DNA of 64,000 nt from Coniocarpon cinnabarinum (GCA_051942205.1 JAVECO010000002.1:124001-188000), one strand, 5' to 3'; positions 1 through 11,635 are shown, numbered from the stretch's first letter. Program-made: numbers and translations. Notes: generated by a model not told the origin, from the letters alone.

Positions 1-1680
1 CTCTTGGAGAAGGCCACGCAGCTTGGACATCTGCTGTATCATGCGTTTGATACGCCGAATCGCATGCCCGTTACGCGATGGAACCCACGGCACATCCTGA
101 GTGGACAAAAGCAGTTCGCCTCTGAGACGACGATTCTTGCTGAATTGGCCGGTCTGCCTCTCGAGTTCACGCGACTAAGTCAATTAACAGGTGATCCGCG
201 CTGGTTCGACGCCACGCAGCGTGTGACCGACTTTCTATGGGAACAGCGCACAGCAACGTTCATACCCGGCTTATGGCCTAAGATCATCGACGCGCGCCAC
301 CTGGACGACGTAGGCCATGTCGGCTTCTCCGTCTCGCACGGCGCCAGCAACGCCTATGAAGTTCTCCCGAAGATGCACTTGTTGCTCGGCGGCGGCTCGT
401 CGCAGTATCAAGACATGATCTCGTCGTTTCCCCCAGCGTTAAAAAAGAACATGCTATTTCGCCCGATGTTTAATCTTCCCCCGCAAAATCTCTTTCTATC
501 GCCATACGCAAGCGTACAAATGCGAGCGCCTGGTTTCGATGAGATCGAGACACCGGAACCAACAACCGAGCATCTAGGCTGCTATCTCGGCGCGACAATG
601 GCGTTGACAGGAAAGATATTTTCCGATGCAGAAACAGATCCGTCTGCAAAGGGCATCGACCGCTTCGACGATATGACAGTCGCTCGCGCACTCACCAAAA
701 CCTGTGCACGCCTTCATAAAACGTCCTATCACGGCATCATGCCCGAGGCTCTGACGCTCGCAGCGTGTCCCGACGTACTCAACTGCCCCTGGAACGAAAC
801 CGCCTGGCTCCGCCCCATCGAATGCTGCTTCAGCCGGATGCTAGAATTCGAGCGCTACTGCGCTCGTGCCTCACGACTCCCACCCGGCGTAACTTCTATC
901 CCCGACAACTCGTATAATCTGCGTCCCGAAACGATCGAAAGCCTCTTCGTGCTGTATCGGACCACCGGCGAGAAAAGATGGCAGGAGATGGCGTGGAGCA
1001 TCTTTGAGAAGGTCATCAATGCCACAACAGCAAAGTACGGACATGCGCGTCTCGCAAATTGCGTGGGACAGATGGATCGAGAGGAGGAGTGGGGGTGGGA
1101 TTTGGCGCGTGATCGGGATCTGGAGATGGAACGGGAGTGGCAGGAGGTTGTGAAGGGGCAGATTGAGATTGGGGCGATTATTGTGGGGTATGATGGTAAT
1201 GCTACGGAGATGGAGGAGGGGGAGGATGCGCCTGAGAATGAGGCGCTCGTTCGACTGCTTGACGGTGAAGACGTTGCTCTAGGAAGCACACAGGCGGACT
1301 CGGTCGATGTGGACGTCTCAGACAGTCAGAAAGCCCTCCCAAAAGACCCGAAGCAGTCTGACGACGAAAAGAATGCAGCCGCTTCAAATGATACTAAACA
1401 CCAACGCCGCGAAATTGATCCAGAAACAGGATGGAACCACAAAATAGCGAAGCGACTCTCTCCGGGTCTCATGCCCTCGGAAGTGCCAGAAGAGCTCCGC
1501 AGCAAGATCCGTTGGCAAGTCGTGCAAAAGGACAAGATGGAGAGCTATTGGTTAGCAAAGACGTTGAAATATTTTTATTTGATCTTTGCGGATGAAGATG
1601 TGATGAGTTTGGATGAGTGGGTTTTTAGTAATGGGGGACATGGGTTTAGATGGAGGGAGGTGGATGAGGTCCCGGAGTGA
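1..1680 (+). CDS. Glycoside hydrolase family 47 (class I alpha-1,2-mannosidase-like), 5'-truncated by window edge; several active-site motifs degenerate
   Basis: GH47 motifs AFDTPNRMP, LAELAGLPLEFTRLSQLTGD, EHLGCYLG, GIMPE, YNLRPETIESLFVLYRTTG, DKMESYWLAKTLKYFYLIF, LDEWVF. Confidence 0.9.
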   Translation, partial: LLEKATQLGHLLYHAFDTPNRMPVTRWNPRHILSGQKQFASETTILAELAGLPLEFTRLSQLTGDPRWFDATQRVTDFLWEQRTATFIPGLWPKIIDARHLDDVGHVGFSVSHGASNAYEVLPKMHLLLGGGSSQYQDMISSFPPALKKNMLFRPMFNLPPQNLFLSPYASVQMRAPGFDEIETPEPTTEHLGCYLGATMALTGKIFSDAETDPSAKGIDRFDDMTVARALTKTCARLHKTSYHGIMPEALTLAACPDVLNCPWNETAWLRPIECCFSRMLEFERYCARASRLPPGVTSIPDNSYNLRPETIESLFVLYRTTGEKRWQEMAWSIFEKVINATTAKYGHARLANCVGQMDREEEWGWDLARDRDLEMEREWQEVVKGQIEIGAIIVGYDGNATEMEEGEDAPENEALVRLLDGEDVALGSTQADSVDVDVSDSQKALPKDPKQSDDEKNAAASNDTKHQRREIDPETGWNHKIAKRLSPGLMPSEVPEELRSKIRWQVVQKDKMESYWLAKTLKYFYLIFADEDVMSLDEWVFSNGGHGFRWREVDEVPE

Positions 1681-1941
1681 GATTGGTGCCGGGTATTGGT
1701 GCTGGAAACTTTTGGCGAATTCGAGGATTATGTTGGGTGGTTGGAGTATACAGCTGAATCTTTCGTCGAGTTCGCATCTAGAGTCTGGTATTGCAACCTA
1801 TGGCCGGCTTATGAGATCCTTGCCCGATTCAATTAATCTCACCTCAAGCCTGTGTCCGAAGGCGATGCTTGAAAAAGCTTCAGGGTGACAACATTTTTGA
1901 CCGTCACTGAATTTGCAATCATTGAGACGAGCTAATGCGGA

Positions 1942-4116
1942 TCAATTCCTCACATCGACCGAGAGACGTCCTCGGATATCCCTCATCAACGCCTTCGCAT
2001 CCTCAACCTCCCACCCATCCTGACAAAGCTCATTCGCCAGCTCCAATGCCCGACCCAGTGCTTGTTTCCCACCCCTTTCCATTTCTAATTTGCACAGTAA
2101 ATGCCGTGCTCGACACGTCGTCGCCGTGACGCCAACGCCTGCTGTATTCGGAGGATTGTTCGATGTGGCATGTACGGCTGTCGTGGAAGCTGTGAAGGTT
2201 CCTCCACCGCCCCCTACCCCGAGACCGCCGTTCGAAACGATGCTAGATCGCAGTAATCGCTCCTCGGGACTCTCACCATCAGGACTCTCGCCATCACGCT
2301 CACGGTCCTGACCGTTCGTGCCTTCTTCCTGCTCCAGGACCAGTTCCAGATACGAGCGCAGCTCTTCTTTGTTTCCTTGCTCATAATGCAGCATGGCGAT
2401 CGCGTAGAGCACGTCTGGATCCAATATCATGGTTTTCTCGTCTTCCGCGCCCTTTCCGGAGAAGCTTTTCGCAGCGCCCGCCGTCGCCTGGCTCCCGAAA
2501 CTGCTCTGCGCACTGCCGTGCTCGTAGTAGCTTCCGACTTGCAACGCCCGTTTATACGCGCCGATCGCTTGATCAGCGCGGCCCATTTTTCCAAGACAGG
2601 CGCCAACGGCTGTCCACATTTTCGCGTCGTATGGACACAATGCCGCAGCACGTTGATAGTACCATAGAGCGTATAGGTGCATATCCAGAACTTCATAGGT
2701 CTGACCGAGACCGTACCAGGCTCGGTAGTCTTTGCGATTGGCGTCCACAGCTCGACGATAGCATTCAATCGCCGCTTGTGTATTTTTCAACTCCACGTAC
2801 TCGTGTCCCATGAGCGTCCACGCGGAGAGAAAGGATCGGTCGAGCGTGAGGGCGCGGCGGAAGTAAAGTATTGCTTTCTCATGCTCGGACTTGAGGGCGT
2901 AGTAGTTGCCCACTACGCAGGCAGATTCGGGACGGAAGCGATCCACGGCTGTGACGAGATGAGCGAGGTAGGCGAGCTGTGCGCGAGATTCCATGACGTA
3001 TAGAATGTTGGAATAAGCATCGAGGTCATCGAGACGGTATGGGTCGCGCGCTAGGAGTTTTGCAAAGACATGAGCAGCGCGGTCGAAATCCTTGCCGTGG
3101 TAGAGAAGGAGGGCTTTCTGAGTTTTGAGGAAAGATGACGCAGGGAAGAAGGCCTTGAGTTGTTTGAGGATTTTGATGGCGTCGGGGTCAGCTTGAAACA
3201 ATGATTGCAGGGCATGGACGTTGAAGATAAGGGTAAGTAGGTTTTGAGGTAGGTGCGGGAGCGTCTGACGCAGGTCATCGAGAGAGGTGAGAAGCAAGGC
3301 GAGTTCGGTCCACGCAGACCAGTTGAACGCATATGCGCGGATAGAGAGGATTAGGTGTCCTTTGGCTTCGAAAGTGTTCTTGGATTTGCTGAGGGCAACG
3401 GCATAGAGATAGTGGAGGAACGACCGAGAGGTTGTGGGGATCGTAGAAGAATCTTGAGCGGCAGGAGGATCAAGACGGGCTTTGAGTATAGCAATGATGC
3501 TGGGGAGCTCTTTATTGGTCATGCTAGCATTGTCGGCGGGACCCAGGATCATCTCAGAATCCTCATCTTTACGTTTTTCACCCGACATATACTTGGCGTA
3601 GAGAGCAAGGAAGAGAGCCTTTTCGCTCAAGTGAGGCATACTGGTGGACATGTCGTCGTCTGCACGATGGCCGCTCCCGTTGACAGCGGGCCTTTTCCCC
3701 TGAGCTTTGGCAGACTTAGCTGCCTTGGGGGTCGAGTCAGCGCTGACCTGACCCTTTGGTAGAGTATCTGGAAGAAAAACAGCAGCACATCTATCATACT
3801 CTCTGCAGTTGAAGTACATCTTGGCCATGATGTACTTCGGCACTTCTGCAGCTTCCAACCGTGCTTGTCGTGGGTCGTCGTTATGAGAGATGACACCGCT
3901 GGGCACACCTTCTGTCCCATTTTCGATATCCTCCATAGGCGAATCGATCTCGGTATCGGTCGGAGAAGCTGCTAAAGGCGGTTGTGGCAAAGAGTTCAGC
4001 ATCTCTGCCGCCCACTTGGCTGACTGGTACAGACATCTTTCCGAGCACTTGATACTTGCGTCCTGTAGGATGCGTCCTAGTTTGGCAATTTCGCTTGTGG
4101 AGGTTTGATGCGTCAT
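1942..4116 (-). CDS. CDC23: Anaphase-promoting complex subunit Cdc23/APC8 (TPR protein)
   Basis: 724-aa intronless ORF; N-terminal CSERCLYQSAKWAAEML; TPRs YSNILYVME, VGNYYALKSEHEKAILYFRRAL, AWTLMGHEYVELKNTQAAIECYRRAV, DYRAWYGLGQTYE. Confidence 0.96.
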   Translation of the reverse strand: MTHQTSTSEIAKLGRILQDASIKCSERCLYQSAKWAAEMLNSLPQPPLAASPTDTEIDSPMEDIENGTEGVPSGVISHNDDPRQARLEAAEVPKYIMAKMYFNCREYDRCAAVFLPDTLPKGQVSADSTPKAAKSAKAQGKRPAVNGSGHRADDDMSTSMPHLSEKALFLALYAKYMSGEKRKDEDSEMILGPADNASMTNKELPSIIAILKARLDPPAAQDSSTIPTTSRSFLHYLYAVALSKSKNTFEAKGHLILSIRAYAFNWSAWTELALLLTSLDDLRQTLPHLPQNLLTLIFNVHALQSLFQADPDAIKILKQLKAFFPASSFLKTQKALLLYHGKDFDRAAHVFAKLLARDPYRLDDLDAYSNILYVMESRAQLAYLAHLVTAVDRFRPESACVVGNYYALKSEHEKAILYFRRALTLDRSFLSAWTLMGHEYVELKNTQAAIECYRRAVDANRKDYRAWYGLGQTYEVLDMHLYALWYYQRAAALCPYDAKMWTAVGACLGKMGRADQAIGAYKRALQVGSYYEHGSAQSSFGSQATAGAAKSFSGKGAEDEKTMILDPDVLYAIAMLHYEQGNKEELRSYLELVLEQEEGTNGQDRERDGESPDGESPEERLLRSSIVSNGGLGVGGGGGTFTASTTAVHATSNNPPNTAGVGVTATTCRARHLLCKLEMERGGKQALGRALELANELCQDGWEVEDAKALMRDIRGRLSVDVRN

Positions 4117-4561
4117 ATTATGTGCTTACATGGAGTGCTCAAGCATATCTACCAATGCCTGACAACAGCTTTACAGGTCTTGTTACCTACGATTCAACGT
4201 TTGAAATGAATACGTATCCGGGTCGATCCTGTATAGGAAGTAGCGTTTCAAACGCGTAATTTCCAAGGTTTTTTTTGGCAGTACGTCTTGCACTATTACC
4301 AAAAGCCTTCGTGAATGGTGCGTAATTTGAAGACACCTGCGGTATGCAATTTGCAGCGCTTGTTGATGCTGAGCTAAGCTCCGTGCACCATCAATGAGAT
4401 AGCACGTGGTTGGACTTCTGACGCGAGACTACGCGCCAGGGTTGAGAACCCTACTCAGTGTATGAAACTCAATTCTCAAACACCACTTTCGACTGTCCAA
4501 CACCTGAAAAACCCAGTGTCCTTCAACCTTCTGTAGTAAGGGACTACGAGAGAAGATCCAA

Positions 4562-5131
4562 ATGCCTGACGTGACAAGTTTGCAGCCCCTAGAAGGTCGC
4601 CAGCTCGTCCTCGATGAAGAGACTATTTTTGACATACTTGGAGCCGCACGATCCGGCTCGGTTGAAGAGCTAAAAGATTTGTGCTCCACACTCAGCGATA
4701 AGCATCATGCCACGTATTCCGAAATTCTGCGAAAAGCTTGCAACCCAGAAAACGGAAATACCGCGGCGCATTACGCGGCTGCAAATGGATGGGTCCAAGT
4801 GTTGAACTTGGTGAAAGAGATCGAAGCGGACGAGCGACTAGCGGTCGATGGCTCAGCGAGTGACAGTGAAACGTCACCGGGTAGTCTTTTCAACCAAGTC
4901 AACGGGCATGGTAGTACTGCTTTACATTACGCAGCGGTCGATGGACAGGTCGACTGTGTCGAGGCACTCTTATCGCATCCCATCTGGGCAAATGACAGAG
5001 CGCGACGGAAAGCGTATGCAGAAATAAAAAACAGCGCTGGATTGACTGCAAGAGACGACGCGGACAGCCAAGGCGCTGCAGAGGAGGATTGGCTAAGAGT
5101 CGATGCCATTTTGGAAGCATGCGAGATTTGA
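4562..5131 (+). CDS. Ankyrin-repeat protein, Yar1-like; TGA at 5129-5131 is followed by 34 further in-frame acidic codons (to 5236)
   Basis: Two ankyrin motifs GNTAAHYAAANG and GSTALHYAAVDGQVDCVEALL; N-terminal DILGAARSGSVEEL resembles Yar1. Confidence 0.7.
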   Translation: MPDVTSLQPLEGRQLVLDEETIFDILGAARSGSVEELKDLCSTLSDKHHATYSEILRKACNPENGNTAAHYAAANGWVQVLNLVKEIEADERLAVDGSASDSETSPGSLFNQVNGHGSTALHYAAVDGQVDCVEALLSHPIWANDRARRKAYAEIKNSAGLTARDDADSQGAAEEDWLRVDAILEACEI

Positions 5132-5388
5132 GACGCTGGAGATGTGCCAGAGCAGTCTGGGCAAGAAGCAGAGGTTGCTTTGGAAGAGGACCTTGAAAAT
5201 GCCAAAGAAGGCGTCGGTGATCTAAGCACAAGCTGAGAGAAGGAGGGAGCGCTACAACCCGATGCTAAAGCATCACAACACGCATTCGAAACGCCCGCTC
5301 TGTTTTCAAGTAAAAAGTGGAGTATAAGTTTGTTTCCCGAAACATGTCTTCATCATTCTGCCCCCTTTTTCTGGCTGGTGGAGAGGGT

Positions 5389-6250
5389 CTAATAGACGTA
5401 TGGAATGAACTTGTAAGGAGTCTTCTCTTCATAATTGTGCCACATGTCGGCGTACTAAAAGTGTCAGAGGCAGCTACTTAGATTAAGTTTCCCTGAAGAT
5501 ACTTACTCGGTTTTCACAATATTCCTCGTTCGCCGGGATGCCCCTGCTAATGAAGTCGAACGCGAAAAAGCCGGTGGTGAATGCACCCCACAGCCATCCA
5601 GCCGAGGCGAGAGCATAGCCTCCACGCCACATGGCGTAGCCCAGGTAGTTGACGTGACGGGACAAGGCCCATAGCCCGCCGGTGAACGGCTTGCCGTTGT
5701 TCTCTGGCTTGCTCTTGAAGTTTGATCGCTGGATCTCGGAGATGATCTCGACAGCGATGCCGGCAGCGAAGACCGTGGAGCCAACGACTAGTGGAGCTCC
5801 GGGAAAGTCGCGGGATCGAGGTGATTCACCTATGTATTTGGCAGCTGAGGTGGCCGAGCAGATGAACAGCAGACTATTTATAGAGTTCCAGACGCTGTTG
5901 AAGGCGCCAACAAGAGCCGCTGCGCTGGCTGGGAAATACTCCTGACATGTAAACAACTTCCAGTAGGCGTGCCTGAGGAAAGATGTCCCAGACATGCCCA
6001 GCAATGCAAGCCTGTATGGAGAAAGATTGAGGGCATCAAGGAAAGTGCCAGTACTGGCAGCTGGGCCCTGCAAGAGGACTGAGGAACCGAGCGTGGTGAT
6101 GAGGCTGGTGGCAGCACCAGCGCCGCTCAGGATGCCATACTGGAGGAAGGGGTCGGCGCCGCGCAGGCCAAGGAGCGTGGCCGTTCCAGCTGGGGATGGC
6201 CGTTTATCGCCACGGGGGATGAGATCTCCTTCTTGTTTTTTGTCCGACAT
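5389..6250 (-). CDS. DUF1295 / steroid 5-alpha-reductase-like membrane protein; 2 exons (intron 5455-5506)
   Basis: Hydrophobic ORF with FKSKPENNGKPFTGGLWALSRHVNYLG; GTAAGT...CTGAC...TAG intron restores C-terminus YADMWHNYEEKTPYKFIPYVY. Confidence 0.85.
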
Positions 6251-6894
6251 GATCGACGAGTTTCGGGTGTCAAAGGTGATGAAAGGTGGTGGTTGTGCTT
6301 CAAGAGGCAGAGTAGCTGGTGGAGATTGGAAGCCAGACGTTGCTTGAGCAAGGACGCCAGTCACGGGATCGCGCGTCAGGATCACCACCCAACGCGCCTC
6401 TTTTTGCGGTAACCAGGCATGGTACCAGAAATCGTGATGCAAATGCTACAGCAATGACTATTAAAATACTCTCAAGACTTTGTCATGGCTTGTGATCTCG
6501 GCTCGAGTTCCTGAGTGATTACTACGTGTTCTCTCACTCGATCCACCTGACTGCGGAGCTTTTCTGACCGAGGCTCAATAATTCCTTGTATGCGCCACAA
6601 TTACTGACACCATACCTTGAACCAGACGCGATGACGCCACGTGACGCTCTTCATCGTCTCTTTTCGACTGATACGAAACATTACACTAGACTGCTCTCGC
6701 TGTTGCGCGCTGTTGGAGTATTCGTCGTTTTTGTGAATATATATAGAGGGGCATAGTTGTTTGAACATCGAACATGCATCATTCACAACCTGTTTGGAGT
6801 TGCAATCGCCAACAAAGGCCTACCCCTAACTGCGGAGCTCACAAAGCCTCAGCTCTGATACTGAGGCCTTCTTCTGCTCGACACAGAAGCCAGG

Positions 6895-9800
6895 ATGAAG
6901 TTCAAATACATTTGTGATCTCTTTGAAAGGTTGGAAAGAGTCGAGACTGCTGACGCTGCACATCATGCAAAGATCCAGACAGACAAGCACCAGAGCATCA
7001 TTCAATACTGGTTCCGCGACCATCGTACTCTGATCACAGACTACGAGGCGCTTCTGTCATGCCTGTTGCCCGCACAGCGGGTAGACCGTGTCTATGGTAT
7101 GGGACGCAGCAGGGTATCAAGAGCGTTTGCGGACTGCCTGGGGCTTGGAGCTAGTCGTTGCAAGCGCTTGCATGAGGCACCTGAGACAGAGGATCTAGCG
7201 TTGCTCCTGGAGAGCCTTGTTGCTCAGCATGGCGGTGGTATTGGAGGCGTTTCGGCAACCTTGTCAGATGTCGACCAATGCTTCGCCCAGCTTGCCGCAA
7301 TCACACGATTCTCAGGCCCGAAGGTCCGTGCTGACATCCCAGAATCGACACCACGTCATCAACGAGACATCTTGCGACCAGTCATCACACGTCTGCAGTC
7401 CAAGGAAATAAAGTGGTTCATTCGCCTTTTGTTCAAGAACCTGGCTTCCGTACAGCTAGACTATCAGTTCATTGTGAAAGTTGCACACCCACTACTTCCA
7501 CAAGCACTGAAGGTTCGGGAGTCATTCCATGATGCTCTTGCATTGCTCGATGACGCTCGAGTGCGAACACATATGGATGATAACTACCATCAGATCGACT
7601 CAATCTCACGGGAGATCTTGGAAGACTCACTGCGGCCTAAAGTAGGCTCCAAGATCGCTAGACCGCGCTTCTTGAAGGCGAGATCATTCAAAAACTGTGC
7701 AGATCTTGTTGGTCCGCGAAGATGGGCGATTGAGCCAAAATACGATGGAGAATACTGCCAGGTCCATGTCGATCTGACGCAAGGTGCAAATTGTCTGCAG
7801 ATCTTTTCAAAGAGCGGCAAGGACTCCACCCGGGACCGGGCCGCGGTTCATGGTTGGCTGAAGGAGGCTTTGCAGATCGGTCAGGCATGCGGATTTGAGA
7901 AGCGCTGCATTCTGGAAGGCGAGCTCATCGTGGTAGACACTCGTGACAACACGATCCAGGCGTTCGACAAAATTCGAAAGCATGTGTCAAGGTCTGGCTC
8001 ATTCCTAGGGACTAAACACGATTCTCCTTGTCATGAGCACGAACGGCTTCAGGTCATGTTTTACGATGTCTTGATGATTGACGACGATATGGTTTTACAC
8101 AAGCCCTACGTTGAGCGACGCCAGCGCCTCAAACAAATACTCCCACCGAGACCTGGTTCAAGCTGCAGAGGTCACTGGAGCTTGCTGGACTTTACGACTG
8201 CAAGTCACGACCAGCCTCGAATGATCGAGCGAGCACTCAAGTACTGCTTCAAGAAGACTCGCGCGAAGAGAGACGAAGGTCTGGTGCTCAAGCCTGCGGA
8301 CGGGTCGTATCTGGATTTCTTACCTAAGCAGCATGCCCAGCCATACAATGGGGTTTTCATAAAACTGAAAGGTGATTACATTCCGGGCTTGGGCGACACG
8401 GCGGACTTTGCTGTGGTTGGAGCATACACATCTTCAAAGCACAACATTGAGCCTGAGCTGTTGAAACAAACGAAGTGGACACATTTTGTGCTGGCTTGCT
8501 TGGTCAACAAATCGGAGGTCCGAGCCCAGAAAGCGAGGTGAGTCCGTGACAGCATGTCGTCTGCCTCATCCTAGGCTGGACCGACCGTTGCAGCTCAATG
8601 CTAATAGATTTTATGCAGACCAGTCTTGAAGGTCATGGGAGCCGTGTCTCGACCTTGTCTGTCTGCGGAGGACATGAGATTCTTGAGTCAGCACGGGCAG
8701 TTTAGACAGTCTGATCAAGCAGGCCGTGGCCAGACATCGTTCGACCTAGAGACTTCCGGTGTGCAGGGTCGACCTACGATTCAGTTCACAAAGCCGTTCA
8801 TTGTCGATGTCTTGGGCAGTAGTTTCGAGCGTCCACCAAACGCGCAATTCCACATGCTCAGACATCCACGGATAGTGAAGATTCACAACAATGATCGTGA
8901 CATTTGTGACATTGTTTCGTTCAACGAACTCCAATCGATGGCGATGGAAGCTCTCAAGATACCAAACAATGTCTTGGAGGAAGAGAAAAAGATTCTCCAA
9001 CAAATCAAGCAAGCCTGTCAACCAAAACGGTCGCAATTTCTGGAAAGTCAATCCCCTGCACGAACAAACACTTCCACCGCTTCGCCAGCAAGTACCCGGT
9101 CGTCTAGAACGCCCAATGTGCTGGTTCGCATGGATAGTTGTGAGATGCAGGATGGCGATCACCGATTTGTTTCACCCCTAGCGGTGAAGGCTGCGCGAGG
9201 CAAACTCCTTTCGACAACGAAAACAGCAACATCAGCAGAGCCTGCAATGGCGAAGAAGACCCCTTCGGTGGAACGGGAAACTCGCACACGCGGTGCGGCT
9301 CATTTGCAGGAGATTTCACCACCGAAAAAACTCTGTTTGCAACATTCTCGATCGGATCTCTCTGAGCAAACGCGACACATGCAGGCTGTGCAGACTGTAC
9401 ATGAAAAGATAGCAGCGCCAGATGCTCGCTCTGTTGGAGAAATTTTCACCACAGCTCCCTCTTCCCTCACTGAGCTAGCGAAATTCCGACCTTCCCCAAC
9501 TGATCATTTCAACATGTCAGCAGCTGACATGGCTGCCAAATCTGATTCACCTCGACTCATGCACCACGAAGGAATTGAACAAATCTGGGACGCACACGCG
9601 TTGCCATTTCGTCTCGACAGGACCTCACCACTCAAGGACGTGGTCATCTACGTTGCGCCAAAAGTTTTCGGACCTGACGAGTTGATCGATCCTCTGATCC
9701 AATCCCTTCGTGGCTACCGCGTCCTTGACATACAAGATTGGCACAGAGATCAGCGTCCACTGGCACGACTGCTCGGTCCAGTAGTCGGAGAATCGCAAAG

Positions 9801-10384
9801 TGAGGATGGTAAGTTCTTTGTATCCCGCATGGCTCCAGTGAATGGAGTGTATCACTCCAACCCTCAAACACTTCGTAAGGAGTTTTCGGCCCTTCACCAC
9901 TAATGCTTAACATGTAGGAGCGGACAAGCTGGTGCTGATCGACTGCCGTCTTGGGCGCGGAAATGAGGACTTGATCGACGAACTCATGATGATACGGCTG
10001 GGACTACAAGAGACAATCGACATTTGGGACTGGCGCGCTCTTGAAGCCATTCAAAAGCTTGCCTCGTTTTCTGTGACAGGCTCGTTTTCAAAGCGGGAAT
10101 TCGAATTGCTGGCAGAGACAGCAGAACGTTATCTCTTCGGCACCGTCAGGCTGACGACGCAGACTGCGTCTGATGCCGTCAAAGAGATGGGCTTCAAGAA
10201 AGCTACTGAGCAGGTGGTCGAACTGCGCAACGCCCGATACTGCCGATTAGCCCAGGTCTTTGAGGAGGGTCAAGACGGTCAAGAGCAAATGAACATATTT
10301 GATGTGGGAGGTGATGGCAGTGTCTCTCAAGCGTTGAAGAGCTGGATTGGTGAGATTCGTCGTGAGAAGTTCGACGGTCGCTGA
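6895..10384 (+). CDS. Fungal ATP-dependent DNA ligase-like protein (uncharacterised subfamily); 3 exons (introns 8538-8618, 9809-9917)
   Basis: Nucleotidyltransferase motifs EPKYDGEY (I), ILEGEL (III), FYDVL (IIIa), EGLVLK (IV), IKLKGDY (V), LRHPRIVKIH (VI); both introns are GT-AG and join the ORFs in frame. Confidence 0.85.
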
Positions 10385-10534
10385 GGACTACTCTGGATGG
10401 AAGCCATTTTCGACGTTGGCTATTGAAGGTTCCTTGACCTTGGGTATCATGCAGGTGCATGATTGTGGTACATTCTGGACTTTCCGGCAGCATTGCCAGC
10501 TTTGAACGGGAATCGCCAAGTCATCACGCGTCTC

Positions 10535-11635
10535 TCATCGAGTTCTCTTGTAGATCTTCTTCAAAAATTCTTCAAACACCTCTTTCTTCAAGCCCTCGCT
10601 TTCGTCGACACGCTCGATCATGCCCCTGATTTTCGTGACCGCATCCTCCTCGTACCGCTGATACACCTCATCAAGCCTTATCTCTTTATACAGCGCCTTC
10701 ACTTGCCTCTCCGCTTCATCATCCTTTCTGCCGTAATTCTGCGCCAATCTTTGCTTTTGCTCTGGCGTCGCCCGCTCCAACGCCTGATTCACCAACCAGC
10801 TGCACTTATTGTCCTTAATATCCGTTCCGACCTTCCCCAGCACCGTAGCATCCGCAAAGCAATCCAGATAATCGTCTTGCGCTTGAAAATATTCACCCAT
10901 CGGCACAAGCACCTCCTCCGCAGTCTTCAGATTCCTCGGAGTAGCAAGCTGACACCAATGCAACGCCAGAGCCACCGGCAAGTAAAAGCTATAAAACGCC
11001 GTCTTATACCTCACAATGAACCAGTACTTCTGCATGCTGAATCTCTCCAAATCGACCGAATCTTCCGGCGCAGTCAGTAAATCGCACTGCTGTCCCATCT
11101 CCGTCCGAAACGTCATATCTTGAAATAATTCCAGCATGCCCAGGTAGTCAGGGTGGTCGCGGAAGTGCTTGCGAAGGATGACGTAGATCGCGGATTCGAG
11201 CATGAAGGCGTCGTTGATCGCGATCATGCCTACGCCTTTTTGGCGGTACCAGCAGGGTTGTCCGCGGCGCGTGATGGAGGAGTCCATTATGTCGTCGGAG
11301 ACGAGGAAGAAGGCTTGGAGGAGCTCGACGAGCCAGCCGAGGTAGGCTACCGATTTGAAGGAGTGATTTGAAGGGGTGGTTAGGGAGGGGTCGGATTTGA
11401 GGAGGGAGGCGGTGTCGACTACGGAGAGGCCGCGGTTGCATTTGCCGCCGATGGTGTTGGCATTGAGTGACTTAAGGGGTGTCAGTTTTATCTGTCAAGT
11501 TGGTGGCTATGTGAGACAGACGTTTTCGAACCATTGGAGGGCGTTGGTGGGGAGGTTGTGGGATTTGCTGGTGGTGGTGAGGTCGGAGACGAGGGACGGA
11601 AAGACGGCCTCGAAATCTTTGAGAGAGGCCGGCAT
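10535..11635 (-). CDS. ERG20: Farnesyl pyrophosphate synthase; 2 exons (intron 11471-11521)
   Basis: [33 protein letters not shown] (first Asp-rich motif), [20 protein letters not shown] (second Asp-rich motif), [14 protein letters not shown]. Confidence 0.97.

Noticed and set aside
4252..4257. ACGCGT (MCB-like) site in the CDC23/YAR1-like divergent promoter
   Set aside because: A single 6-mer is expected by chance at this GC content
6251..6442. Upstream extension of the DUF1295 ORF in the ORF track
   Set aside because: Begins at a non-ATG codon and reads like 5' UTR; first ATG is at 6250
10463..11080. 205-aa ORF antisense to ERG20 (similar shadows over RPL4, GUS1, STE23, CDC23)
   Set aside because: Antisense shadows of conserved, codon-biased genes
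10535..11635. FPP synthase as core of a terpene cluster
   Set aside because: Looks like the ordinary housekeeping ERG20; no cyclase or P450 nearby
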